Positions 23,138 to 35,559 of a DNA stretch of 64,000 bases are shown here, in pieces. Each line of letters starts with the position of its first letter. Position 1 is the first letter of the stretch. The translations under genes and the position numbers were made by a program. Source of the stretch: Octopus sinensis (lineage: Eukaryota); contig NC_043011.1 of NCBI RefSeq assembly GCF_006345805.1, positions 32,934,464 through 32,998,463 of the forward strand. Reading direction: 5' to 3'. Below the pieces are notes generated by a model, which saw only the letters and a program-made list of their open reading frames with translations, was not told where the DNA came from and did no database searches.

Positions 23138-23514
23138 GTAAAATATGTACCAGTATATATTTTGTTACATAATCAAATTTAAAGGTGTTTGTTGCCAGTC
23201 TAACATAACATGGTTGATGTGTATAAGGTGTTTGAACATGTTCTAGCAACTATGGTGATGATTGATTGAGAAAGTATCTCCATTTTGTGTGATGTTATGA
23301 TTGCAAAAGTACATTTTTTCCCCGCTCCGGTGAAGGTGTATGTAGCGGGGAAATAGTGGGTGATGTATTAAAAATACATTGCAGTGACTTGTGTATACGG
23401 GTGTCTGTGTGTACAGCTTCAAGCGGCTTGGTGGTCCAATAAATTGTATTTGTTAGTATAGAAATAAAATTACTCAAAATATTCAAGTTGGTATGATGTA
23501 AGGACGTTCCCGAC

Positions 23515-23546
<32 letters not shown>

Positions 23547-24556
23547 AACTATATATATATATAGCACACACGCACTTATTTGTTTCGTATAACGTGACTA
23601 AATTAGGATATATATGTATGTATGTTCATGCTTACAAGCTATATATATATAATACATATCATAACACAACGCATTTTCAAGTGTATGTGTACATTACAAG
23701 TGTATGTGTACATACATACATACATATATATATATAAAACAAGAAAAGTATGACTAAAAAACAAAACAAAAAAGATATGATATCCTGTTTGTTGAAGTTT
23801 AATAAAGCGAAAAGTATCCTCCTTCCACCCTTCCAAAAACATGTTTTGCTCTTAGATGCTCCTTCTGTGAATCGAAAGAATTTATTTAAAGGTTGGTTGA
23901 GCTTTTGAGAACTAAATTCACTAGTTTAACAACCCCCGGTCTGATTGTATCTACTTATCAGTCTGTCTGTACATATCTATGCTTATAGTCGTAAAGTTTC
24001 TGGAAAGGTTCCACCTGAGAATATAAAGGTGATTTTGTACGACCTGTTTTGTAAGAATGGTCTAAATTAAATATAAACCTGAACGTAGCTAACAGACAAA
24101 ACCTTTGTTCATTTGCATTGGGCTGTAACTGATAAGTTATGTAAAAGATGATAAATTTGGTTGAGATAATTGAGGAATTAAAACTTTCATAGTTCATTTA
24201 TTCATTATTTGCAATATCTAGTGCACCTTCGACTGATAATACACACACTTAATATACATGTAATATGATAAACACACGAACATTACTGGCTTAAATTTTA
24301 TGATCTGAATTCTCAAATCGTTGTTTTGACATCTGAGAAATAATGATGTAAGTTTTGGTATATCTAATTGTTTCCATGGTTTACTTTCGTGGCTAACAAT
24401 AGCACTTTGCTTATTGAAGTTCAGCGAGTCAATAAAGATCACAGCTCGACTGATATCGTTTATAATTAACCACACGCTATATAATTGTTTTACTGCAAAG
24501 TCAATATTTCTGAATAATATATATAACTTCAGTAGTAAAAGTAGTGAATGCAAGAA

Positions 24557-24619
<63 letters not shown>

Positions 24620-24642
24620 ACACATACATACATACTGTATTT

Positions 24643-24712
24643 ACTCGTAAAGTCGCATTATTTTATTCTTGATTTAGCTGAAATAATCGGGGTGCGACTT
24701 ATACACAAACTA
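24643..24712 (+). mobile_element. Possible pogo/Tc2-like terminal fragment
   Basis: TACTGTATTTACTCG...GGGTGCGACTTATAC resembles such termini (recall only). Confidence 0.3.
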
Positions 24713-25928
24713 ATATACTAAATGTCACGATATGTAATGAGTTACATATCGTTTTTGCCTTTCTTCCTCTGTGTTTTAAAAAAAATATTTTATCGTTCTC
24801 ACTACATTTCTATTTTTCCGTCTGTATGTGTGTATATACATATCTATCTATCTATCTCTTTATATTTTGTTCAAGGTTTTATTCTCTTTCCGCCACTACC
24901 GCTTATATCCATCTCTTTCACTCCCACCTATTTTCCACCTTCTTTTACGTATACCTTTTCATCCCCTCTCGTTCTCCTCTTCCTCCTCCTCCATCTCTCC
25001 TCATCCGTATCTCCTTCCATTCTCGCTTCTCCATCCTTCCTGTAATTATTATTAAGAAAATGTCCCAATTATCTAAAGAGATCTATAAGAAGTTTTCATT
25101 GACCAAATTGTAGCACATCCGGATCGAGCTTACTCGGAAACAGGCGGTTGCTTAGTCTGCTAGAAATAACAAGCAATTCTCCTTCCTGTCACACCCTATC
25201 GTTTTAAACGATGGAATGGCACTAGATAATAAAGGTAGCTGGAATACCTTTGATTGCAGCTCAGCTCTGCGCAATCAGAGTTGACCTGGGGTTAAACAGT
25301 AACAACCTCATGGGTAAACAGTAACAAAGCAACACCAAGATTTTTGTTTTCACTACGAAGTATCTGTTGTTGGTTAGCCCTAGATCAGCCCTGATCGAGG
25401 GAGACCCAGATTCATTACATTCCAGCTTTGACCATCCTGTCATTTTTTTTATTTAAAACTCATCATTACATTATTCAATATGTCTGTTTTGTAAAGACAG
25501 TAGAATGTAAGTAATCTGGGTGAGATTTAGCCACTGTTTCAAGCATGTTGAACGAAGAATTTCCTCCTCGTTGGTTCGTGCATACTCATAAAGGAGCAGA
25601 GCTTATAATTAAGTATTCCAGCCGACATAATCACATTTTTATTTATTTATAGTTTATGGAAGACTTCCCTGTCCAATGTGTCCCTCTAATAGAATAAGTG
25701 ATGTCTTTACAGACGACGTGTTAAAACACGTTTCATCGAATTATGCCTGACACCTCTCATTTGCACTGTTTTGGCTTGCCTGCAGTTAAAGGATGTGATT
25801 ATGACGGTACTACTTTTATGCTGACAGTTTAGTTGAGATCAGTATATGTATATTTTTCAATTGCTAATCATTAAGTTCAAAGACTATTACACTGCTGTGA
25901 GTCCGAGGAGTCTGTGATAATTTTGCAG

Positions 25929-26004
<76 letters not shown>

Positions 26005-26005
<1 letters not shown>

Positions 26006-26086
26006 TTATAGAAGGAGCTTCTACAGGACTAGAACTGTTTCATTCAAAGGAAACAGTTCTAGTCCTGTAGAAGCTCCTTCTATAAA
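26005..26086. repeat. Perfect hairpin, 37-bp arms, 8-nt loop
   Basis: 26005-26041 is the exact reverse complement of 26050-26086. Confidence 0.95.
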
Positions 26087-26158
26087 ATAAATTAATTTAC
26101 TCTGCTATGTATTGAGTACCTTATTTACTGTGGTTAACCCCGACTCAACCCGGGACCT

Positions 26159-26194
<36 letters not shown>

Positions 26195-27959
26195 TATATA
26201 TATTATATATATATATATACACATACTCACACATACACACACACATACATTATATATATATAAATATATGCATATATACATAGATATATGTACAAACATA
26301 TGTGTGTGTGTGTGTGCATATATGGGTACGTGACAAAAAAAAGGTAGACAAAATGAGAAACGAGACATGCAGTATAAAGAACAACATTCCTTTCATCAGT
26401 TGTCCCCTGTTTCATCTACGCCGCGTTGTGGGGTAGGCTGGATTTTGGGGTTACCCTGGGATTTTCGCTCATAAGGGGTTTAACCTTACAGCGTATCTTC
26501 AGAACCCAAGCACTGCTGGCATGAGACATCTCTCTCATTATATATATATATATATATATATACATATGTGTGTGTGTATGTGTGTGCATACACATACATA
26601 CACAGTTGTTCGTTGATATATTTTTGCAGCTAACAGTACCATCATCATACCACTTCCTTTAGCTGCAGTCAGATCTTCGTTACTTCTGTTGGAATTTGAA
26701 AACTGTGCAAACGTGTCGTTTTTAAGACAGGTTTTTTTTTTTATAAATATCTTGTCCATATTTTGTCTTAGGTGCTTTCAGCCTTCTCGTAATAATTATG
26801 CCTCTCTTATCATCACTCTTCTTATACGAGCTCTAACTGCGGTTAATTGAAACCCTTTCCTAGTAGTTTCAAAAGGATAAGATGCGGATAACGAGAGACT
26901 GCCTTTAAACGATATTCAGAGAGGTTTAAAGTACTAGGATAAAAAGCCAAAATGAAAGATGAGTTGGAGGGAATGAATCAACAGATACTGTTGCCTCCAG
27001 TGTGGGACAAGCGAATTAAAAGTAATTCGGTCTTTGTCGACATTACCATATTTATAAAAAATAATCATCGTTCACGTTGGCACATGGCCATAAACTTTGC
27101 AGAGGAGTATTATTGATTTTTTTAAAAAATCGATATTCAGTACGATTAGAGTACATATTTTATCGACTCCAACAAGGTTTGAACCCAGAACCCCTATCTA
27201 AACGGATGAAAATATTGACACACGCTATTTTATTATATCCGACCCCCTTTTCTGATTTCGCTGCAATAATAGTTTTATTGGACGGTGAATGAGAGAAATA
27301 AAAATGTGCGCGCACCGAGTTGTTCCATTTTTTTTCTCTCTTACATATGCTGTTTGATCAAGCAGAACAATGGTCTATGACATTCCACCAGCCCGATTAA
27401 CTATCAGGTTTTAGCTTTTTTATATTATTTCTTACGGGTCGGATGTGGTAGTGTGTTACATAAGTTAATATATCGTTTGTTTTTTTTTTGGGGGGAAAAA
27501 AAAAGACGGTAGTGTGTATGAGTGAGGTAGATTAGGCTGCTCTTTCTAGCAGTTCAGCCGACTGCGTATAGGCTTTTTCATTGGATTGTCTGTCTCGTGT
27601 AACTCTTTTGCATTTTAAATTGTTTGGCAGATTAACATCATGACATTCACCATTTCTCATGAGCTGGTTTGTGTTTCGACTGGCTGGCTTACCCGGAAGT
27701 AATGCTGGATCTCGTTCCATTTATCGCGCGTTATGATTGATTCTTGCTTTCGAAACTATGCCTATTGCTTTTCATATCACTTGAATACACTTTCTTAAAC
27801 ACTTGCACCCCCCCCCCCAACAAGTGTTAGCGGAATACATGCAAATAATTCATGCAAAAGAATTTACTGGTATTCCTTCAAGAAAGAAAAAAAAAAAAAA
27901 TATAAGGTATTATTTGATTCTTTCACCTGCACGATTTTCACAAAGAAAAAAAAACAAAA

Positions 27960-29350
27960 AAAACCTCGGATTTTTTGCGTGGAATCAAATACCCTGACCT
28001 AATATGCTGCACCCCCCCCCTTTCTTTTTCGGACAAACAAAATGGGGGTTGAACCCCTCCCCCATATCCCGGAATCATTGGAATTTTTTTTTTTTCGTTG
28101 AATGAATTCCGGTGACCTCCTAATATGCTACAAAACCCCTTTTTGGTGCGGCCGACGGCACGTAAAAAGTACCATTCGAACGTGATCAATGTCCGTCCTA
28201 TCTGACTGCCCCCCCCCCGTGCCAGTCACACTTGAAAAGCACCCACTACACTCTCGGAGTGGTTGGCGTTAGGAAGGGCATCCAGCTATAGAAACCTTGC
28301 CAGAACAGACTGCACTCTTATTGCGGCCTCCTGGCTTGCCAGTCCTCACTCAAACCGTCCAACCTATGCCAGCATGGAAAGCACACGTTAAATCATGATG
28401 TATAATGATATATATATAATTATGATAAATTGTTACCCATTCAATGTTTAGGTAAACTCACTCACTCTTTCTCTGTCCCCTCACAAAAACGAAACATTTT
28501 TTGCACCAAAAATTTGCTAAGGGAAAAATCTATATTCGGGATTATTATATATATTATATATCCAGTGATTTTTAAAGATATGAAAAAGATATTTTTGTTT
28601 TAATATACTTGTTTCATACACATACACAAACTAAAGTGTTTTTCTTTTTTAGAATAATTATTTATCATTTGTTATCTCCCCACTGACTTCAGTACCACTA
28701 CCTTCTATAACCCCTGCATTTTCACTTATTCATTTCAAACTTCTCTGAATTTTCAATCAAATGTTAATCCACATTCTCTCAAAAATGTACTTCTGCAAAA
28801 TGTTTATCTAAAATTATGGGTAAAGAAAGAAATAGCAAAACATATTTGAAAATGGGGATGTGGGTGAAATTGCCGAGGGTCCCACTTCACTCCGTTTTCC
28901 GGACCCCAAAAAAAAGGGTTTTGAAGCATATTAGGTTACTGGACCCCAGTCAACAAAAACAAAAAAATTTCTAATGATTCTGGGATGTGGGGGGAGGGTC
29001 CGGTTCCCCACCTTTTTTTTTCCAAACAAAAATAAAGGGTTTGCTGCGTATTAGGTCAGGGTACTTAATTCCATGCAAAAAATCCGAGTTTTTTTTTCTT
29101 AGTGAAAAGATCAATGGGGGTGGGGGTGAAATTTCCAAGGCTTCCGCCTCACCCCACCCTGTTTTCCAGACCCAAAAAATGGTTTGTAGCATATTAGGAG
29201 GTCACTGGAATTTTATTCGACAACAACAAAAAAATTTCCCATGATTATATGATATGGAGGAGGGGGTCCAGTCCTCCCATTTTTCTTCTCCAAACAAAAA
29301 TAAGGAGTTTGCAGCATATTAGGAGATCAGGGTATTTTTTTTTCCTTAGG
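27960..29350. repeat. ~255-bp tandem dimer (28848-29345) with an inverted partial copy at 27965-28137
   Basis: GCATATTAGG-type motif at ~28926, 29046, 29188 and 29313; reverse complement at ~28000 and ~28120; homopolymer-rich. Confidence 0.7.
28150..28400 (+). mobile_element. RTE 3' tail (family B)
   Basis: AAAAGCACCCACTACACTCTCGGAGTGGTTGGCGTTAGGAAGGGCATCCAGC signature. Confidence 0.85.
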
Positions 29351-29785
29351 GAAAATCTTGCAGTTGAAAGAATCAAAATTTACCAAATATAATGTCAATG
29401 TTGACATTCTGTTGACAAAACAAAAATTGCCGGAGCCCGAAGGAGTCCTTGAGTCCTTGAAAATTATTCCTATCCTTATTTAAGCTTGATGTGTTTAAAA
29501 TCTTCCTGCCTTCGTTATCTGTACTACATGGCTTTTTTTTTTTTATTGATTACCAAGGTTTGCAGTGCAGTAAGTCTTTCCAGAGTGGTGAAATCAATGG
29601 TTGATGTTCTCTTTCAGAGACGACCTACCTGGTTGCTCGACCTGCTAGAAATAGCAGCCAAATTGCATTCAAATCAAACCAATGCCATCTTAAATAAAGA
29701 AGAATATATTGGATAACATAATCACTGATACATAAAATGATGAGATGGTTACAGCTGAAATTCGTTTGATCACAAGTCTGATTGG

Positions 29786-30025
29786 TGGAGGTGCATGGCT
29801 TAGTGGTTAGGGTGTTGGACTCATGATCGTAAGGTAGTGATTTCAATTACTGGACTGGGCGATGTGTTGTGTTCTTGAGCCAATCTTTTGATTTTACGTT
29901 GCTCCAGTTCACTCAGCTGGCAAAAATGAGTAATCCTGCAACGGATCTGCATCCTGTCCAGATGGGGAATATATATGTCATCGAAACCGTGAAACCACCC
30001 TAAGACTCAGGAAGGAACTTTACTA
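29786..30025 (+). mobile_element. CORE-like tRNA SINE (family F)
   Basis: Head GTGGAGGTGCATGGCTTAGTGGTTAGGG; body as at 18055-18360. Confidence 0.8.
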
Positions 30026-30397
30026 CTACCATTTGATTGAGGTTGATTTTTGGTCAAACCACAGAAGTATGTACAGGATATTATCAAAGACTTAGATTTG
30101 GGGAAAAATAATTGTGTGCAAGTTCTGAATCAGTGATGTTGAGAAATGAAAGTATGTTGGATTTAGTATGCAGGAAAGATTTGTTGGTATAGGGGTATCT
30201 AAGGCACTCTATCGGTAGTGGTTGGTGAGTGGCTTTTTGCAAATCACCTGAATGCACAGTAAGCTCATGCACACACACACACATATGTTAATATATGCGT
30301 ATATATGTATGTTTATATCTGTGCATGTACCTGTGATTTTACATGGTTTCGTAAAAATCAAGACAACTTGTTGGATGTCAGAAATGGCTAGGTATTT

Positions 30398-30630
30398 AAG
30401 GCGGTGAGCTGGCAGAAACGTTAGCACGTCAGGCGAAATGCTTAGTGGTATTTCGTCTGCTGCTATGTTCTGAGTTCAAATTCCGCCGAGGTCGACTTTG
30501 CCTTTGATCCTTTCGGGGTCATTTAAATAAGTACCTGTTACACAGTGGGGTCGATATAATCGGCTTAATCTGTTTGTCTGTCCTTGTTTGTCACCTCTGT
30601 GTGTAGCCCCTTGGGGGCAGTAAAGAAATT
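30398..30630 (+). mobile_element. SINE family C, full length
   Basis: GGCGGTGAGCTGGCAGAA...GAGTTCAAATTCC (B-box-like)...GCCTTTGATCCTTTCGGGGTC...TAAAGAAAT. Confidence 0.9.
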
Positions 30631-31283
30631 ATAATATAGAGCTCGCTTTGAAATAAACAACATTGAATACATCAAATATTGGGATACCATGGATATGCAA
30701 GCACCAAATGCAGTTTAAACCATAGATTCGACTCAAGGGTGCGTCCTTGGTGTGGCGTAGGTATAAAAAGTAAACACAAGTGACAGCTGTTTCAGTAGGA
30801 TTGTGTTTATTTAATGCAGTCATAAAAGATTACAAAAGATTACATCATATGTAATCCACCAGCATCAGATAAAATTTTAAACATCCACCTGGATATAGTC
30901 AACATTCATTGGATTAGTGACTCATTGAAGTTTTATATTTGAATATGTAGGAAATTAGGTTTGGCATAAAACAGGAACAGAGGTATCAAATAATATACTA
31001 TCAAAGTTTACTTAAATTAGTTTATGGTATAACAATGATGCTGAATAATCTAGGAAATGGTATAGTGTTGGCGTGGGTTGTAATTAAAAAAGTTACCAAA
31101 ACCTTAGCAGATATGTTCTCAGTTAAAGGAGCTGTGTCATGGACTTCACTGACCAACAACATCAAACAATCAGCCCTTCTTATCCATATGTATGTAAAAT
31201 AGATACACATACAAACATATTTATACAATCACCCTCTTTCTGTCTCTCACACACAGACGTGTGTATATATATATATATATATA

Positions 31284-32160
31284 TATCATCATCATCGTTT
31301 AACGTCCGCTTTCCATGCTAGCATGGGTTGGACAGTTTAACTGGGGTCTGGGAAGCCCGAAGGCTGTACCAGGCCAGTCAGATCTGGGGGTGTTTCTACA
31401 GCTGGATGCCCTTCCTAACGCCAACCACTCCGTGAGTGTAGTGGGTGCTTTTTATGTGCCACTGACACAGGTGCCAGACGAGGCTGGCGAACGGCCATGC
31501 TCGGATGGTGTTTTTTACGTGCCACCGGCACGGAGGCCAGACAGGGCTGGCACGGCCATGATCGGATGGTGTTTGTTACGTGCCACCAGCACGGAGGCCA
31601 GTCGATGCGGTGCTGGCTATGGCCACGTTTGGATGATTCTCTAGTGTGCCACTGGCACTGGTACCACAAACTACAAATTCCATTGATGTGGATCGATTTC
31701 GATTTGATTTGATTCTTTGATTTTGATTTTCACTTGCCTCAACAGGTCTTCACAAGTAGAGTTATGTGTCCCAAGAAGGAATGTATGCACAGGTGGACTG
31801 ACTATGTCCCAGGTAGGGGCCACGGGTTATGGCCTCACTTGTCCTGCCGGGTCTTCACATGCACAGCATACTTCCAAAGGTCTCGGTCTCTGGTCATTTT
31901 ATCGGTGAGACCTAAAGAGCGAAGGTCGTGTTTCACCACCTCGTCCCAGGTTTTCCTGGGTCTACCTCTTCCACAGGTTCTCTCAACCGCTAGGGTGTGG
32001 CACTTTTTCACACAACTATCTTCATCCATTCTTACCACGTGTCCATACCAGTGTAGACGTCTCTCTTGCACACCACAACTGATGCTTCTTAGGTCCAACT
32101 TTTCTCTCAAGGCGCTTACACTGTCGGGTATGAACACTGACATTACACATCCATCGGAGC
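31284..32160 (-). mobile_element. RTE-clade LINE, 5'-truncated 3' fragment
   Basis: Minus ORF LREKLDLRSISCGVQERRLHWYGHVVRMDEDSCVKKC...GRGRPRKTWDEVVKHDL, plus the family-B 3' UTR. Confidence 0.92.
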
Positions 32161-32895
32161 ATATATACACACACACACACACATCCCTATGAAATATACA
32201 CATACACACAAAAGCCCACAAACACATATACATGCACACAAACGAATGTACATGTATGTATGTAGACACACATTGTATATATTAAAGGATTATAGAAATA
32301 GGGAGGTCATAGACTGGATTATCAAATATTTTACAATTGGTTTGAACACAAATTGCAAAATGTTGCATTAAGAGTACACAACTGAGAATAATAAATGATA
32401 TTGTGTTACATAATATCAAAGAAAAAGTTGTTGGCAGAAATAGGTGACTTAACAAGTAGGTATAGATATCCAATAAAACTTTAAAGCATAAATTACCCCC
32501 AGCGTTACATAATATTCAGTAAGACTGTAATAATTAACTAAATTACACAGTATAGACTAAAATAAACGCTTAGCGGTTAGAGGTTAAGTAGTATCTATTT
32601 GAAGCATTTTAGTTAACAGGTTTAAATTATAAACGAATCTTTAATGTCATGTGCACATTTTACTCTAAGTTCAGAGGATTTATTTAAAACATTAATTGAC
32701 CATTTTATTATTTCTGATAATTCAGAGCAGCAAAGTCTATAGCTATACCTATCATTTGAGTAGGCTAGGACATGTTTGGTTATGCTCCAGATTATTTGGA
32801 ATTCAACATTTTTATCCCCACTGACCCTTGTTTAATTCTGGATAACACTGGTGAATCTAATAGGTCTAATTAGTTAATTATTACTCTTCTTACAG

Positions 32896-32996
32896 GTATT
32901 ATGAGCAACAGATTATTATTCCTACTACTAACACCTGTAATGTTAATATCTAACCTTGAAGCAGTTGAACTTGTCACACCGATCTGTCTACCTTGA
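32896..32996 (+). CDS. Weak candidate exon or small hydrophobic ORF (MSNRLLFLLLTPVMLISNLEAVELVTPICLP*)
   Basis: Good acceptor TTACTCTTCTTACAG; phase-1 frame open to a stop at 32994-32996; no homology recognised. Confidence 0.2.
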
Positions 32997-33080
32997 ATTA
33001 AACTAAGCTAAGCAAATTAATATATTTTATTTTTTGAGCCTGTCTGACATTGTATGCTGCCTCTAATATAAAAGGAGATA

Positions 33081-33281
33081 CTCTTTTACTTGTTTCAGTC
33101 ATTTGACTGCAGCCATGCTGGAGCACCGCCTTTAGTCGATCAAATCGACCCCAGGATTTATTCTTTGTAAGCCCAGTACTTATTCTATCGGTCTCTTTTG
33201 CCGAACTGCTAAGTGACGGGGACGTAAACACACCAGCATCGGTTGTCAAGCAATGCTAGGGGGACAAACACAGACACACAA

Positions 33282-33336
<55 letters not shown>

Positions 33337-33425
33337 TACGACAGGCTTCTTTCAGTTTCCGTCTACCAAATCCACTCACAAGGCATTGGTCGGCCCGGGG
33401 CTATAGCAGAAGACACTTGCCCTTG
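33081..33425 (-). mobile_element. SINE family A, 5'-truncated, young
   Basis: Family sequence lacking the tRNA head. Confidence 0.9.
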
Positions 33426-34042
33426 GGTAAAAGAAAATACAGGAGGATCAGTTAATTATGATTTTATTCAACATATTCCCCTTTCAGATTCACACACATA
33501 TTGCAGTGGTTCTTCAGTTTTTCTAAGGAAGGTTGATGTTCCAACCAGGCCTTTCACAATATCCTTAAAGCCAGGAATTTTTCAGCACTCCTACATATGT
33601 GACTATCACTACATCAAAAAATTCTCCCAATCCCTTTAGCCCCCCAGTCTCTCTATCAGAATTGACTCACTCTTCAGGATAGTAATGATATCACCTCTCA
33701 TTCTTTCTGTCATCTACCCACCAGTATAACTATAAATTTCTGTCTGGGATATTATGAAGGTGTCTCTATCAATCTGTCAATCTCTCTATCAATTAGCAAA
33801 TATCTTTCGACATCTGTCAGAAATATTCATATAGTAATATAGCAGTAATAGTAAATATGTCTTTAACTCTTGTCAAGGATATTTTTGAAAGATGAATCAC
33901 GCAGTCTCAATTCACTCTTTTTACCCCTGACCACCATCTTTGTGGAAGAGGCTTGAGAGCATGTATACATTTGACTGCATGTGTATGCCTGCTTGCATAT
34001 GAATATGAATATAGAATTATGTGTGTGTGTGTATACACACAC

Positions 34043-34271
34043 ATAATTGTTAGAGTACAACAAACATTAAGACAAGGCAAACATCTCAAGTCATATACAA
34101 TATTATTATTGGAAAAAATTCAAAGTCTTACAGCTGTTTCTGGGATATTCCGTCATCAGAGACAAATAGGGAAAACAGCTGTAAGACTTTGAATTTTTCC
34201 CAATAATAATATTGTATACGACTTGAGATGTTTGCCTTGCCTTAATGTTTGTTGTCCTCTTTAACAATTAT
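34043..34271. repeat. Fold-back inverted repeat (~97-bp arms) with a hammerhead core in the loop
   Basis: 34043-34140 versus ~34172-34271, reverse complementary with few mismatches. Confidence 0.9.
34125..34163 (-). ncRNA. Minimal type-I hammerhead ribozyme motif (stem II eroded)
   Basis: Minus strand: GTCT-CTGATGA-CGGAATATCCCA-GAAAC-AGCT-GTA-AGAC. Canonical core, 4-bp stem I, palindromic stem III. Confidence 0.55.
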
Positions 34272-34512
34272 ATATTTGCTGCATCAGAAATCTGCAATGG
34301 CTCCATAATTACCGTCTCGTCTATAACCTTGGAGCCCTAGTAATCCATTACAGCACTTACCTAGTGTACCTAATCATCTAGATCACCTGTGATATTTTGT
34401 TTGTGTATATATTAGTTCAAATGTACAAGAAACAAAGACAGGTGAGGGAACAACAAGCAGGTATATTGGTTTGATGCTCGTGAAAAATGTATTGTCATAT
34501 TTGTTTATGGGT

Positions 34513-34755
34513 ATCATCATCATCATCATTTAACGTCCGTTTTCCATGGGTTGGATATGCTATTGGACGAACCGGATGGCTGCATCAGGCTCCAGTCTTG
34601 ATTTGGCAGAGTTTCTACAGCTGGATGCCCTTCCTAACGCCAACCACTCCGAGAGTGTAATGGGTGCTTTTTACTTGCCACCGGCACGGGGGCCAGTCAG
34701 GCGGGGACTGGCAATGACCTCGCTCGAATCTTTTTATACATGCCACCGACACAGC
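34513..34755 (-). mobile_element. RTE 3' tail (family B)
   Basis: Family signature with (GAT)n tail. Confidence 0.85.
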
Positions 34756-35559
34756 TCAAAGTACATAGTGGGTTATATTATGCCTTCTCTTTGAAAGCTG
34801 GGACATATGGTAAAAGTAAAAGGAGGGACTCCTTATGATTAAGCGCCCTTGTGGAAATGGGTAAATAAAAGGCTTTCCAAAGAATGTAGACACAAAAAAG
34901 TGGTTCAACACTAGCCAGAATTAGAGTGGCTATGTGTGTGTTGTACATGGCTAAAAGGTAACGAAGGAATTAAAGTAAGGGAGATGGTGAGGGGGAAGTT
35001 TAGCTACTTTAATGTATTGCACTGCTGACCATACAAACTTTACAACTAACCAATTCAGTTACACACAAATAGCATATTCTAACTGATGATCATACTGGCC
35101 ACTGCAGTGATTACAGTAGATCATAAATTAATCCAACAAGGAAAAGACAATTTTCAAAAACCACCCATACCAGAAAGAGCTTGTATAAGCTGGGGTACAT
35201 ATTTGTATATGTGTTCTGTGGGTCTACATGTATGTATTTATGTGTATGTGTGACTATATTATATATGTACTTTCATGTCTGCACCTTATGTGTTGTTGTG
35301 TGAGTGTATGTATATATGTTTACACTGTCCATGTCAACATGGAAAATGGACATTAATTGATGAAGATGATTTATACATATATAATAGGGTGTGTCAACTC
35401 CCTGTGTTCTTCTACTCCTCTCCTTCCTCAACCTTGTTTACTTAACTGGCAGTTGTGTACCCATGAAGGCCTTATGGAACTGAAGGAAATTTTAATTAAT
35501 ACTGCAACTAATACCTGCTTAGCCTATGCATAAGGACCTGCTGCCATCAGATGCTGAAA

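Noticed and set aside
28848-29345. C2H2 zinc-finger array hypothesis for the tandem dimer
   Set aside because: The periodicity is ~125/255 bp rather than 84 bp, and no C-x2-C/H-x3-H pattern was recoverable.
32970-32996. VTPICLP as a trypsin-family PICLP motif
   Set aside because: Immediately followed by a stop, and no other protease motifs occur nearby.
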